64,000 nt of DNA from an uncultured Alphaproteobacteria bacterium (GCA_963721275.1 CAVRIQ010000028.1:14239-78238); one strand, 5' to 3'. Shown: positions 18,343-27,924, numbered from the stretch's first letter. Notes: generated from the sequence alone by a model not told the origin. A program made the numbers and translations.

Positions 18343-19269
18343 ATGGAGCCGCGCTACCGAAAGAACCTGAATGTTCTCGTGCCCTGCTTCGTCGTGCTCG
18401 GCATCATGTTCGGCCTGGTGGCCTATTCGCCAGAACTGTACCGGGCATTCTGTGGCGCAACCGGATATGGTGGGACGACGCAGCGGGCGTATTCCGACCC
18501 GACTGCCGCCTCCGATGAGACTGTGACGGTTGCGTTCGACAGCAACGTCGCGCCGGACTTGCCGTGGCGCTTCGAACCGGAACAGCGCTCCGTGAAGGTT
18601 CATCTCGGCGAACAAAAGCTCGTATTCTTCACCGCCGAGAATCTCAGCAACGAATCGATCGTCGGGCACGCGACGTTCAACGTCACGCCGGAGACGAGCG
18701 GCATCTATTTCAATAAAATTCAATGCTTCTGCTTCAATGAGGAGCGTCTTGACCCGCATCAGAAGGTCGACATGCCCGTTGTCTTTTTCGTCGATCCGGC
18801 CTTTGCGAAGGATTCGGACAACCTGCACGTCGATACGATCACCCTCAGCTATACGTTTCTTCGCTCGGCGAATCCGTCACCAAGCAAGAATCTTTCGCGT
18901 TTCCTGGCCAATGCCGCGCCAGATCCCGTCCACGGCCAACAACTCTTCTCCGAACGCTGCACTGCATGTCACGCGATGGACAGCAACAAGACCGGCCCCA
19001 TGCTTGGCGGAGTTGTCGGTCGCAGGGCTGGCTCGGCTCCCGGATACCACTATTCGCCCGCGCTAAAGAGCGCCGGTCTCATCTGGTCCGCGGACAATCT
19101 CGATAAGTGGCTGACCGCCCCGCCGAAATTCATTCCCGGCGCACGCATGCCGGTTCGTGTGCTCGACGCTCCGTCCCGCCGCGACCTCATCGCTTATTTG
19201 CAGAGGGCAGGCCAGGAGCACACCGATCGGACCGGTTTGAACGCACATGCATCAGGCGGAGAATTCTAG
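18343..19269 (+). CDS. Cox11/CtaG copper chaperone fused to a C-terminal class I cytochrome c
   Basis: TM, FCGATGYGG, YFNKIQCFCF, TITLSYTF; then CTACH...GPMLGGVVGRRAGS...PGARM, all in one frame. Confidence 0.9.
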   Translation: MEPRYRKNLNVLVPCFVVLGIMFGLVAYSPELYRAFCGATGYGGTTQRAYSDPTAASDETVTVAFDSNVAPDLPWRFEPEQRSVKVHLGEQKLVFFTAENLSNESIVGHATFNVTPETSGIYFNKIQCFCFNEERLDPHQKVDMPVVFFVDPAFAKDSDNLHVDTITLSYTFLRSANPSPSKNLSRFLANAAPDPVHGQQLFSERCTACHAMDSNKTGPMLGGVVGRRAGSAPGYHYSPALKSAGLIWSADNLDKWLTAPPKFIPGARMPVRVLDAPSRRDLIAYLQRAGQEHTDRTGLNAHASGGEF

Positions 19270-19357
19270 ATTCGCGCTCAAGAAAGTCCGATGGGCTAGG
19301 CTGCTGCCTGCAAGCGGCTGTAATTTCTCCTTGCACGCGGGCGCCGGGGAGCGGATT

Positions 19358-19633
19358 TCACCTTCTGTTATCCCGGGAGCGGTTCTTTACAACGATCGCT
19401 GCGATAATCAGGGCAAAGGTAAGAAGTCTGGCAAAATAGAACAGAGGTTCGATTTCCGCCGAAATGCGGGTCAAGCCGAGCACGACGCGTGTTGCGGCGT
19501 CGAGTCCAAAGGCAAGGGCAAACAACAGGAAAAATCGATCGAGTGTTTGGCGCCAGAATTTCAAAAAGAACAGCGTCACCGCAAACGATGCCATGGCCAC
19601 TGCGCCGGACAGTAGTGATGAAAGGCTGCTCAT
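19358..19633 (-). CDS. Small 3-TM membrane protein (DUF5985-like)
   Basis: LSGAVAM...FFLKFWRQTLDRFF...RLLTFALII; ATGA overlap with the upstream gene. Confidence 0.8.
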   Translation of the reverse strand: MSSLSSLLSGAVAMASFAVTLFFLKFWRQTLDRFFLLFALAFGLDAATRVVLGLTRISAEIEPLFYFARLLTFALIIAAIVVKNRSRDNRR

Positions 19634-19887
19634 TCCCTATCCCAAATCAAGCCATAAAGAAGGATCGTCATCGCAATCAAGGCGACTGACAGGCGCCAAA
19701 GCGAAAGATCTACGTCCGGCAGGACAATCTTGTCGAGCACCAGCAGCAGATTGTTGAGCGTGAGGCCAACGAAGCAAAGGCCGCTCCAAAGCAACAGCCG
19801 ATATTTTTGGCTTCGATATCCGTTCAGCAACATCCAGGCACAGACGGCAGCCGTTGCGGCGCACATGCTGTAAATGATCGCGGACAT
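19630..19887 (-). CDS. Small 3-TM membrane protein (DUF5985-like)
   Basis: IYSMCA...LLLWSGLCFVGLTLNNLLLVLD...YGLIWD. Confidence 0.8.
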   Translation of the reverse strand: MSAIIYSMCAATAAVCAWMLLNGYRSQKYRLLLWSGLCFVGLTLNNLLLVLDKIVLPDVDLSLWRLSVALIAMTILLYGLIWDRE

Positions 19888-19888
19888 C

Positions 19889-20266
19889 TCACGAATCCTT
19901 TCGGAACCGGAACGCATCAGCGAATGAGCGAATTCGGCGAGGCTTGGCGTGAATAATGTTCGTCACCGGAATGAGGTGCCGGGCGTAGATTGTCAGGAGA
20001 TCCTGGATCAGGGTGGCGTTTTCAGGCGAGACCCCTTCCAGCCGATAGGTGCCGGTATCGAGCATCAGCAGGCCGGCGGCGCAAAGCCGGTCGAGCGCCT
20101 CGGCGACTTCGGTCTCGCTTGCATACAGGCGCGCCGCGATCTGAGAAACGTTCCACCGCTCTTGGGGATTTGAACGAACCAGAAGAAGGGCCTCAATCTG
20201 CGCAACCGAGTCGATGTGCTTCACTATGAAATCCCGGATCCTGTCGGGAACGTATGGATCAGCCAT
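19889..20266 (-). CDS. Hypothetical winged-helix-like protein
   Basis: FIVKHIDSVAQIEALLL, WNVSQIAARLY, LDRLCAAGLL, C-terminal FADAFRFRKD; ATG 20266. Confidence 0.75.
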   Translation of the reverse strand: MADPYVPDRIRDFIVKHIDSVAQIEALLLVRSNPQERWNVSQIAARLYASETEVAEALDRLCAAGLLMLDTGTYRLEGVSPENATLIQDLLTIYARHLIPVTNIIHAKPRRIRSFADAFRFRKDS

Positions 20267-20315
20267 TTCATGCTTTCGGTTGGGGAAGTAAATCCCAGCC
20301 GGAGGTTCCGCAGGC

Positions 20316-21050
20316 GTGCCCCGGCTGGTGCCTCTGCGAGTGTTCCTTCCTGTGCCAATAAATTGGAGCCAGAAGCTGGTCGCGTCAAGCTGCCGGCCGG
20401 GCGACGCAGCCGTCGACGGCGACACCATCCAGTTCGGCGACGTCAGGCTGCATCTGGAAGGCATCGATGCCCCGCAGTCCGATCAGGCCTGTTTCGACAA
20501 GACCGGAACGCGCTGGAAGTGCGGCGTGGCGGCCCGCGACCAGCTCAAGTCGCTGGCCGGGACCAAATCATGGGCGTGCAGAATAGACCGCAAGGATCTT
20601 TTCGGCAGGCAAGTGGCAAAATGCCAGGCGGAAGGCGAGGACGTCGCGCGCCAGATGGTGGAGGGCGGATGGGCGATGGCATCGACCACCGGCTCGGCGA
20701 TCTATCTCCCGGACGAGGCTGCCATCAGCGGTTCCGGCGCTGGACTGTGGGCGGGCGCCTTTATCGCGCTGCTGGACTGGCGCCAGCATAATTGGCACGC
20801 GAAAATCTACGGAAAAAAGCCGGTCCCCGCGCGTTCCGCTGCCCAATTGCTGGCCCCGGTGTTTGGGTTCTCCGACTTTGGCCGATTGCGCGATCAAGGG
20901 TAATGTCAATTGGAGCGGGAAGTGCATCTTTCACAAGCCGGACGGTCGCCGGTACAAGCGCATCACGATGGAAGCCAGGTACGGAGACCGCTGGTTCTGC
21001 ACGCCACCGAGGCGATTGCCTCGGGATGCCGCGAGACCAGACGACAGCGC
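20316..21050 (+). pseudogene. Thermonuclease (SNase-like) family gene, degraded
   Basis: VDGDTI, GIDAPQ, DLFGR, GLWAGAF, then CAIKGNVN...RWFC in other frames; two frameshifts and no clear signal peptide. Confidence 0.75.
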
Positions 21051-21051
21051 G

Positions 21052-23280
21052 TCACCGCATTTGGCTCGTTTCGCTGATCTCGAATATTCGCCGGCGCTGC
21101 CGGCTTGCCGCCGCGTCGATCAACATTCGTCCGGCCCAGCGATAGACGTTCCATTCCCGGACCTGTTGGCGCATCAGGCGCATGCGCTCCTGCTGTTCCT
21201 TTGCCGGCATGCGAAGGGCGATATCGAGGGCCGACGACATTTCCCTGGCGTTGTACGGATTGACGATCAGCGCTTCGGATAGCTCACGCGACGCTCCGGT
21301 GAAGCTCGACAACACCAGTACGCCGTTCTCGTCGTCGCGCGCGGCGACGAATTCCTTGGCGACCAGGTTCATGCCGTCGTGCAGGCTCGAGACGATGCAG
21401 ACGTCGGCCGCCCTGAACAGTCTGAAGACTTCCGCAGCCTCATGATGCCGGACCAGCAGATGAATCGGTCGGTAAGAACCGTCGCCGTGGCGTGAATTGA
21501 TGTCGTCGGCCAGCGCCACGGCTTCGCTCTGCAACGTGCTGTAGCTTGCGAGCTTGCTCCGCGTCGGTGCGGCCACCTGAACGAACGTGAATCGCCGGCT
21601 CCACGTCGGCTCGCGGGTCAGGAGATCGTCGACCGCCCTCATACGGTCGAGAATGCCCTTGGTGTAGTCGAAGCGCTCGATGCCGACCGCAAGCTTGACA
21701 TCGGGCGCAATGCCGAGCGCTTGCCTGACCTGCGAGCGGCAATCTTCGATCGAGGGCTGGCCGACCAGCGCCTTCGGCGGCCATTCGATGGAAATCGGAT
21801 AGGCCCTCACCATCGTCTCATGGCCGGCCGATATGACGCTCGCGTGCTCCCGGTCGATGCGACTCTCGACGAAACGGTCGACCGTTTCGAAGAAATTGTT
21901 GCAGTGGAACTGGGTGTGAAATCCCAGGATCGTGCTGCCGAGAAGGCCGTCGATAATCCGTTCCTTCCACGGGCAGATGCTGAAAGTCTCCGCGTTGGGC
22001 CAGGGAATATGCCAGAAGGTGATGATCGTGGCTTTCGGCAGGCGCTGCCGGATCATCCGCGGCGCGAGCGCGAAGTGATAGTCCTGTACCAGGACGATCG
22101 GATCATCGGTCCTGGCCTCCTGGGCGACGGCGTCGGCGAACCGCTCGTTGATCTTTTCATAGAGCTTCCAGTCGCTTTCCCGGAATTGCGGGCGGACGAA
22201 CGCGATGTGGCATAATGGCCAGAGGCCTTCATTGGCCAAACCGTAGTAGTAGCCGTCCTGCTCCTCATCCGTGATCCAGATGCGCCGGAGCTTGTAGGAA
22301 GGCGCGTCCGGCGGAACGCCGATCTTGTCATCGGCATCGACCGTTTCGCGGTCGGCGCTGCCGCTGCCGTGCGCGATCCAGGTGCCGCCGCAGGCGCGAA
22401 TGACCGGCTCAAGGGCCGAGACCAGGCCGCTCGCCGGCGTTTGCAGGGTAATCTTCCCGTCCGCGCGATTGTGGATGTACGGCTCCCGGTTCGAGATGAC
22501 GAGCACCTCTGCGCCGGGCAGAACCTTGTGCAGGAGTTCCTGCAACGCGGCCGGCGACCAGTCGATCTGGCCGGACCGGATCGTCTCCCGACCGACCTCG
22601 ATTTCGCCGAGCAGTTTCTTGATCTGGACGTCGATCGACCTGTCGCGTGAAGGGGTGGTCGAGATCGCCCCGGACCGAACCTCGTCGATCGCGCGGCGCA
22701 GCGAATTCATCCAGTCCCGCAATATCACGACGACGAATACCGCCGCCACTCCGGCGATCGCTACCGCGATGCCCGCCAGCGCCGCTACGACGAAGGCCTG
22801 CGCCTGCCCCGAGCGCTGATCGATGAAGCTGAGGTCCGTGAGCACGACAAGATAGGACTTCTGGGTACGCTCGACGATCGGAAAGGCGCCGACCAGGATG
22901 CGCCGTCCGTCGTTGAAAATGGTGGAAAAGCTTTCCGATTCCGACCGCGCGACCTTGTCGCAGGAGAACGTCATCGGCATCAGTTTGGTCGGATCGAGAA
23001 GTCGGCCCTTCTCGTCGCACAAGCCGACCGCGAGGATGCGCTCATCCAGCGCGACACTCTCGAAGATCGATAGCAGACGCGCGTTGTCGTGGTCCGCGCT
23101 CGCGCGCACCACGGCGTTTTGAATGGCATTGTAAACCAGCCGGGACCGCGTCTCGACGTCGCTGCGCGACCATTGCTCGACCAACCGTTTCGAGAAGGGC
23201 GCGATTGCAAGCGCAAGCACCACAATCACAGCGAACCCGAGGCCGATATACTTTAGGGGTCCAGCTATTCGATGAAGCAC
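21052..23280 (-). CDS. otsA: Trehalose-6-phosphate synthase (GT20) with an N-terminal TM-extracytoplasmic domain-TM module
   Basis: [52 protein letters not shown]; two hydrophobic segments in the first 190 aa; start GTG 23280 (or 23337). Confidence 0.92.
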   Translation of the reverse strand: MLHRIAGPLKYIGLGFAVIVVLALAIAPFSKRLVEQWSRSDVETRSRLVYNAIQNAVVRASADHDNARLLSIFESVALDERILAVGLCDEKGRLLDPTKLMPMTFSCDKVARSESESFSTIFNDGRRILVGAFPIVERTQKSYLVVLTDLSFIDQRSGQAQAFVVAALAGIAVAIAGVAAVFVVVILRDWMNSLRRAIDEVRSGAISTTPSRDRSIDVQIKKLLGEIEVGRETIRSGQIDWSPAALQELLHKVLPGAEVLVISNREPYIHNRADGKITLQTPASGLVSALEPVIRACGGTWIAHGSGSADRETVDADDKIGVPPDAPSYKLRRIWITDEEQDGYYYGLANEGLWPLCHIAFVRPQFRESDWKLYEKINERFADAVAQEARTDDPIVLVQDYHFALAPRMIRQRLPKATIITFWHIPWPNAETFSICPWKERIIDGLLGSTILGFHTQFHCNNFFETVDRFVESRIDREHASVISAGHETMVRAYPISIEWPPKALVGQPSIEDCRSQVRQALGIAPDVKLAVGIERFDYTKGILDRMRAVDDLLTREPTWSRRFTFVQVAAPTRSKLASYSTLQSEAVALADDINSRHGDGSYRPIHLLVRHHEAAEVFRLFRAADVCIVSSLHDGMNLVAKEFVAARDDENGVLVLSSFTGASRELSEALIVNPYNAREMSSALDIALRMPAKEQQERMRLMRQQVREWNVYRWAGRMLIDAAASRQRRRIFEISETSQMR

Positions 23281-23694
23281 CAGCTCAGTCTCCTGGACGA
23301 AGCGCAAATCAAGAACTGTCAAGACCCCGGATTGCAACGGATCGAAAGCATGGTGCGACGATTGTCAGGCCGACAATGGTGGCCGATGCGCCGCTGCACG
23401 CGCCTGACGCCGGATCGTCGCGCTTTACCAGAACGGTTGGCGGAACGAAATACCTGAAAGGCTCGGGGAGGGCTTCGGGGATCACTGTCGCCAAGAAAAA
23501 ACCTATGCGACGACGGAGCCATCAGCGATACTTATCGTCAAACTTCACGCTTTTGGCCGTGGGTTCTCACATTGCGACGCATTAAATGCGCAGCGCGAGC
23601 AACTAAAAAATCCGGGAGATAGGCTGGATCGGGAAACCTCGACCTGCATCGAATCGTCCTTGACGGCGTCCACGTTGATGTTGCCTGCTGGAAT

Positions 23695-23711
23695 GTCAGG
23701 GTTTTCCTGAC
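23695..23711. promoter_or_regulatory. Palindromic box GTCAGG-N5-CCTGAC (copy 1)
   Basis: Perfect 6-5-6 inverted repeat between the divergent otsA-like and kinase genes. Confidence 0.6.
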
Positions 23712-23819
23712 CCAAGCCGGCGATATAGGTCTTGGCAGGCTGATACCGGGCTGATCCGATCGGGGGATGCCACCACGAAGGGGACGGGCGGAATTGTCAG
23801 TTTTCACAGACGAGAAGCC

Positions 23820-25892
23820 GTGCGCGCCATCATGATCGCGGAGTTAGGTCGCAAGTTTCCTCTCGGTTCAGGCGGACGGAAGGAAGCTGTCTGGCTTTTC
23901 ATCGCGCTCGTTCTCACTGCCGCCATCCCGGTCCTGCTTCTCGGGGGGTGGATGGCATATATCACCGCCGACCAGGAGCGCAGCTATGCACGAAAGGCAG
24001 CCACGGAAGCGCTCACGCAGGCGGCGCATCGGATCGAAGGCGAGATTTCCCGCGAAATGCAGGTCGCCGAAACGCTCGCAAGCTCAACTGCACTCGACCA
24101 CGAGAATTTGAATGATTTCTACCGCGAAGCGACACGCATAGTTGGCGACCGCCCCTTGTGGGAGACGGCTGCGCTGTCGAAGCCGGATCGGGAACAGGTG
24201 CTGAACGTGCTGCGACCGCTCGGCGACCCGCTCGGACCGGTAACCGACACCGATAGCTTCAACGCCGTCGTCCGCGCCCGAAAGCCTGCCTTGGGCGGGC
24301 TCGGGCCCTACCAGCCCGCGATCGGCAAACGGCTGGTGGCCTTGCGCGTGCCGGTCATGCGGGATGGTGAGCTCCGCTATGTACTGACGATCGGCCTGTT
24401 GCCGGACCAGATCAGCACGATCCTTAGTCAGGCCGGCTTGCCCTCAGGGTGGGCTGGCACGGTCGTTGACGCAAAGGGCCGGATCGTCGCGCGAACTCCC
24501 GACAAGGAAACCGCCAACGCAAATCCCACGACCCCCGCTGTACAGGAAGCCATCGCGCGCGATGGTTCGAATTCGTTACGCACCCGGACACGCGACGGCA
24601 TCGATGTCGAGACCGTCCATCGCACCCTGGCCGGCACTGAAGGATGGTCGGTAACCGTCGGGGTTCCGATATCGGAGCTGAATGCGCCCGTGTACCGCTC
24701 ATTGCGCCTGTTGTTCGGAGGAACGACCGCAAGCGTCGGGCTGGCAATTGCACTCGGCCTGGTGATCGCCCGTGAAATTGCCGCGCGGCGCCGCGCGGAG
24801 GCGCTTCAGTCGGCTGCCGCGCTGTTGGACAGCGAGCGACGGGGCGCCCTCGCCATCGATGCCGCCGAACTCGGTACCTGGCGTTGGGATATGGCCGCGA
24901 ACGAGTTCAGCGGTTGCGACCGCTTTCGCAGGCTGCTCGGCCTGTCGACCGTCCAATCCGGCGAAATGAAGTGGTCCGAGGATGAGGTTTTCGCGGCGAT
25001 CGAACCATCACACCGGTCTGCCTTGGCGTCGTTCGGCGCCACTTGCCTTGAGAGCGGCAGATCGAGCAGCGTTGAATTCCGGATCCGGACGCAGGATCGA
25101 GGAGATTATTGGCTGCGGGCTGCCGGAAGGGCTGAAGGTCCCTCTAGCCGGCGCCACGTGATTCACGGCGTGCTGGCTGATATCGACATTCTCAAGCGCG
25201 CAGAGACCGAGCGATCGCATTTGCTCCGACGTCTGGCGTCGGCCCAGGAAGAGGAGCAGCGACGGATTTCGCGCGAGTTGCACGATCAAGTAGGCCAGAC
25301 GGTAACCGGCCTCTCTCTCGGCCTCAAAGCGCTTGAACAAGGATTGATCAACGGGAACAGCGGAGAGGCGGCAGCCGACCAGGTGCGTTGGCTGGAAAAG
25401 CTTGCGACACAGATCGGACGCGACGTTCATCGAACGGCTTCGGATCTGCGGCCAACTGCCATCGATGACCTGGGACTTTTCAAGACGATCAAAGCCTATG
25501 TCGCCGAATGGCAGGAGCGTTGTGACGTCGAAGTCGACATTCAGACGTTCGGACGAGACGACCTCCTGCCGCGCGATGCAGCCGCTGTACTGTACCGGTT
25601 GGTTCAGGAAGGATTGACCAACGTGATAAAACACGCGCAGGCAAGCAAGGTCAGCGTCGTTCTTGAACAAAAATCAGAGGTGCTTGCCCTTGTTCTCGAG
25701 GATAATGGAAGAGGCTTCGAGCCGGAGAACAGAGATGCATCGGGCGGGGGGCAGGCCGCCGGACTGGGCCTCTCCGGCATGAAAGAGCGCGTAGCCCTTC
25801 TCGGCGGCACCATCGCGGTGGAATCTGCCCCAGGGAAAGGGACTACGATCTTCGTGCAGATACCGCTGGAAGAGCGCAGGACCGGCGGATGA
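23820..25892 (+). CDS. Sensor histidine kinase (Cache-like, PAS-like, HisKA_3, HATPase)
   Basis: Two TMs; EEEQRRISRELHDQVGQ; QEGLTNVIKHA, EDNGRGF, GLGLSGMKER. Confidence 0.95.
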   Translation: MRAIMIAELGRKFPLGSGGRKEAVWLFIALVLTAAIPVLLLGGWMAYITADQERSYARKAATEALTQAAHRIEGEISREMQVAETLASSTALDHENLNDFYREATRIVGDRPLWETAALSKPDREQVLNVLRPLGDPLGPVTDTDSFNAVVRARKPALGGLGPYQPAIGKRLVALRVPVMRDGELRYVLTIGLLPDQISTILSQAGLPSGWAGTVVDAKGRIVARTPDKETANANPTTPAVQEAIARDGSNSLRTRTRDGIDVETVHRTLAGTEGWSVTVGVPISELNAPVYRSLRLLFGGTTASVGLAIALGLVIAREIAARRRAEALQSAAALLDSERRGALAIDAAELGTWRWDMAANEFSGCDRFRRLLGLSTVQSGEMKWSEDEVFAAIEPSHRSALASFGATCLESGRSSSVEFRIRTQDRGDYWLRAAGRAEGPSSRRHVIHGVLADIDILKRAETERSHLLRRLASAQEEEQRRISRELHDQVGQTVTGLSLGLKALEQGLINGNSGEAAADQVRWLEKLATQIGRDVHRTASDLRPTAIDDLGLFKTIKAYVAEWQERCDVEVDIQTFGRDDLLPRDAAAVLYRLVQEGLTNVIKHAQASKVSVVLEQKSEVLALVLEDNGRGFEPENRDASGGGQAAGLGLSGMKERVALLGGTIAVESAPGKGTTIFVQIPLEERRTGG

Positions 25893-26542
25893 ATCCGATC
25901 CGCATCGTCCTTGTCGATGATCATCCTGTCGTGCTCGCCGGAATACGAGCGCTTCTGCAGGGAGCGCCCGAGATCGAACTTGTCGGCGAGGCGAATACAG
26001 GGGAAGCGGGTTTGGAGGCCATTTGCGGATGCTCACCGGACATTGCCGTGATTGATCTTTCGCTGCCGGATATCAGCGGCATGGAACTGGCGCGTCGGGT
26101 GAGCAAATGCTGTCCCGAGGTGAAGATCATCGTCCTGACCGTTCATGAAGATCGTGCATATGTTCATCCGGTTCTTGAAGCGGGAGCGAGGGGATACCTG
26201 CTAAAGCGGTCAGCGGCAGACGAATTGCTCCGCGCCATCCGGGCCGTCAATCAAGGCGAAATCTACCTCGATCCGGCTTTGGCCGAGAAGGCGTCGATAA
26301 CCACTGCCGATCTCGCGTTGGCGGGCGACAGCGACGGCGGCGAACTCAGTCGGCGCGAAGAGGACGTGCTCAAACTCGTCGCCCAGGGATTCAGCAACAA
26401 GCAAATTGCCGGACACCTCGAGGTGAGTGTCAAAAGCGTTGAGACCTACAAAGCGCGGGCATCTGAAAAGAAGGGTCTTCGCAGCCGCGCGGATATCGTC
26501 CGTTATGGAATCAAGCAAGGCTGGCTCGCCGCGCCAAATTGA
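25889..26542 (+). CDS. NarL/LuxR-family response regulator
   Basis: LVDDHPVV receiver domain; LSRREEDVLKLVAQGFSNKQIA helix-turn-helix; ATGA overlap with the kinase. Confidence 0.96.
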   Translation: MNPIRIVLVDDHPVVLAGIRALLQGAPEIELVGEANTGEAGLEAICGCSPDIAVIDLSLPDISGMELARRVSKCCPEVKIIVLTVHEDRAYVHPVLEAGARGYLLKRSAADELLRAIRAVNQGEIYLDPALAEKASITTADLALAGDSDGGELSRREEDVLKLVAQGFSNKQIAGHLEVSVKSVETYKARASEKKGLRSRADIVRYGIKQGWLAAPN

Positions 26543-26599
26543 GAGCGCTTTGGAAACACCAGGCGTCAGCTGCGCTGCGGTCAAGCGTTCAGACAAAGT

Positions 26600-26641
26600 G
26601 TCAGGATTAACCTGTCAGAACGATCGCTCGACGGGCGCGTT
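26600..26641 (+). promoter_or_regulatory. GTCAGG-N5-CCTGTC box (copy 2) directly followed by an ECF-like promoter AGAAC-N16-CGTT
   Basis: gtcaggattaacctgtc-agaac-gatcgctcgacgggcg-cgtt, upstream of the BA14K gene. Confidence 0.5.
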
Positions 26642-26730
26642 GTCGTGGGGCTCGCAGATGAGCCATCGGAAACGTGGAGTATCACGTTGCGACCCACGCT
26701 TACTCAGTGCAACGAAACAGGAGTATTCAG

Positions 26731-27117
26731 ATGCAATCATGGAAAATCGCCTCGGCAGCCGTTGTGCTCGGTGCGTCGCCCCTGATCGGCCTCCAGCCTG
26801 CCTCGGCGTCGCCTTTGATTGCGGTAGCCGGGGTGCATAGGTCGGCAGAATCAATGCAACCGCTGCAGACCGTACAGTATCGTCACCGCTGGCATCGCGG
26901 AATGTACCACGGCTACGGCTATGGGCACCGCCACTATGGTGGAGGACCTGCCGTGCTCGGCGGGCTGGCTGCGGGCGCGGTAATTGGAGGAGCGATCGCC
27001 AATAGTCAGGCCCGGGCCAGTGAAGCTTTCGCTTACTGCTCGCAGCGATACAGATCATATGATCCGGGATCGGGAACCTACTTGGGATATGATGGTAACC
27101 GTCATCCCTGTCCGTAA
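26731..27117 (+). CDS. BA14K-family secreted protein
   Basis: Signal peptide, GLAAGAVIGGAIA, YCSQRYRSYDPGSGTYLGYDGNRHPCP; AGGAG RBS. Confidence 0.93.
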   Translation: MQSWKIASAAVVLGASPLIGLQPASASPLIAVAGVHRSAESMQPLQTVQYRHRWHRGMYHGYGYGHRHYGGGPAVLGGLAAGAVIGGAIANSQARASEAFAYCSQRYRSYDPGSGTYLGYDGNRHPCP

Positions 27118-27356
27118 AGCAGTTGGGCAGGCCGCAGACCATTGTCTGCGGCCGGCCTGTTCTCTGTGCATGCTGCGCCGTCCACTCGTGACTCGGCCCG
27201 AGCGGCTTCGGTTTCGTATTCCTCGGCCAATGCGTGTAGTTTTTTCGCAAAACCCGGGTCGCCGGCGCCGACGGCCAAAAGCCTGCAGAAAGCAGCCCTC
27301 GCACGCAGGCGCTGGTTTCTCGGAAGCTCGACCAACTTCCGTTTCTTTTGGCCCAT
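27102..27356 (-). CDS. Small hypothetical protein
   Basis: LRARAAFCRLLA...DPGFAKKLHALAEEYETEA, a helical pattern typical of small rhizobial proteins; GGAG upstream. Confidence 0.55.
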   Translation of the reverse strand: MGQKKRKLVELPRNQRLRARAAFCRLLAVGAGDPGFAKKLHALAEEYETEAARAESRVDGAACTENRPAADNGLRPAQLLYGQG

Positions 27357-27410
27357 CCGCTCCACTCCATTCTCGCCCGCTCATCCTAGAGCGCAATGCC
27401 ACACGAGCGC

Positions 27411-27427
27411 GTCAGGAAAAACCTGTC
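27411..27427. promoter_or_regulatory. GTCAGG-N5-CCTGTC box (copy 3)
   Basis: gtcaggaaaaacctgtc; overlaps a minus-strand TTGACA. Confidence 0.5.
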
Positions 27428-27543
27428 AAATCCAGGGCATCGCGGTTTCGATCCAGTGTCGTATTGGCCGACCAGGCCACGACTACGGCCTCGGCTGCTT
27501 CAATCCGCCGAATTCGCGCCGGTCCAGACCGCCATTTCGTCGC

Positions 27544-27732
27544 TTAAGGCGAAGATCCGGTCGCGCTTTGCTGAGCGGTGTCGTTGCGCGAGTCGTTGTT
27601 GCAGAGGAGGCAGATCGCCCTGGATGTTTGCCGTCCGCCAATCCCCAGTCTTTCGTAACGGTGTGGCGTTCTTTCCGAACACGGAACGCAATAGGCCAAA
27701 GGCCGCCTTTCGAGTGTTTTGCCGCCAGACAT
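27544..27732 (-). CDS. Putative small zinc-ribbon protein (62 aa)
   Basis: MSGGKTLERRPLAYCVPCSERTPH...ICLLCNN; GGGGGA upstream of ATG 27732. Confidence 0.45.
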   Translation of the reverse strand: MSGGKTLERRPLAYCVPCSERTPHRYERLGIGGRQTSRAICLLCNNDSRNDTAQQSATGSSP

Positions 27733-27907
27733 TTTTCGAGTCCCCCCGAATCCAACGTACAAGATTTCGCAAATACGCTCACTGCACTCCCATTGATGAA
27801 CGCTGCCTCTTCGATCGCCGGCAAGGGCGCTGCCAGTGGGTCCAACCAAGAACAGGCGATCGTGTGCATGACGAAAACATTTTAGAATGAGTAATAAGCT
27901 GAAGGAT

Positions 27908-27924
27908 GTCAGGAAAAGCCTGTC
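27908..27924. promoter_or_regulatory. GTCAGG-N5-CCTGTC box (copy 4)
   Basis: gtcaggaaaagcctgtc; overlaps a minus-strand TTGACA. Confidence 0.55.

Noticed and set aside
23796-23811. Fifth copy of the GTCAGG palindrome (GTCAGT-tttc-ACAGAC)
   Set aside because: Wrong spacing and three mismatches
27483-27869. 128-aa minus-strand ORF and overlapping plus-strand ORFs
   Set aside because: No recognisable motifs; the overlapping CxxC microprotein frame has a better RBS and pattern
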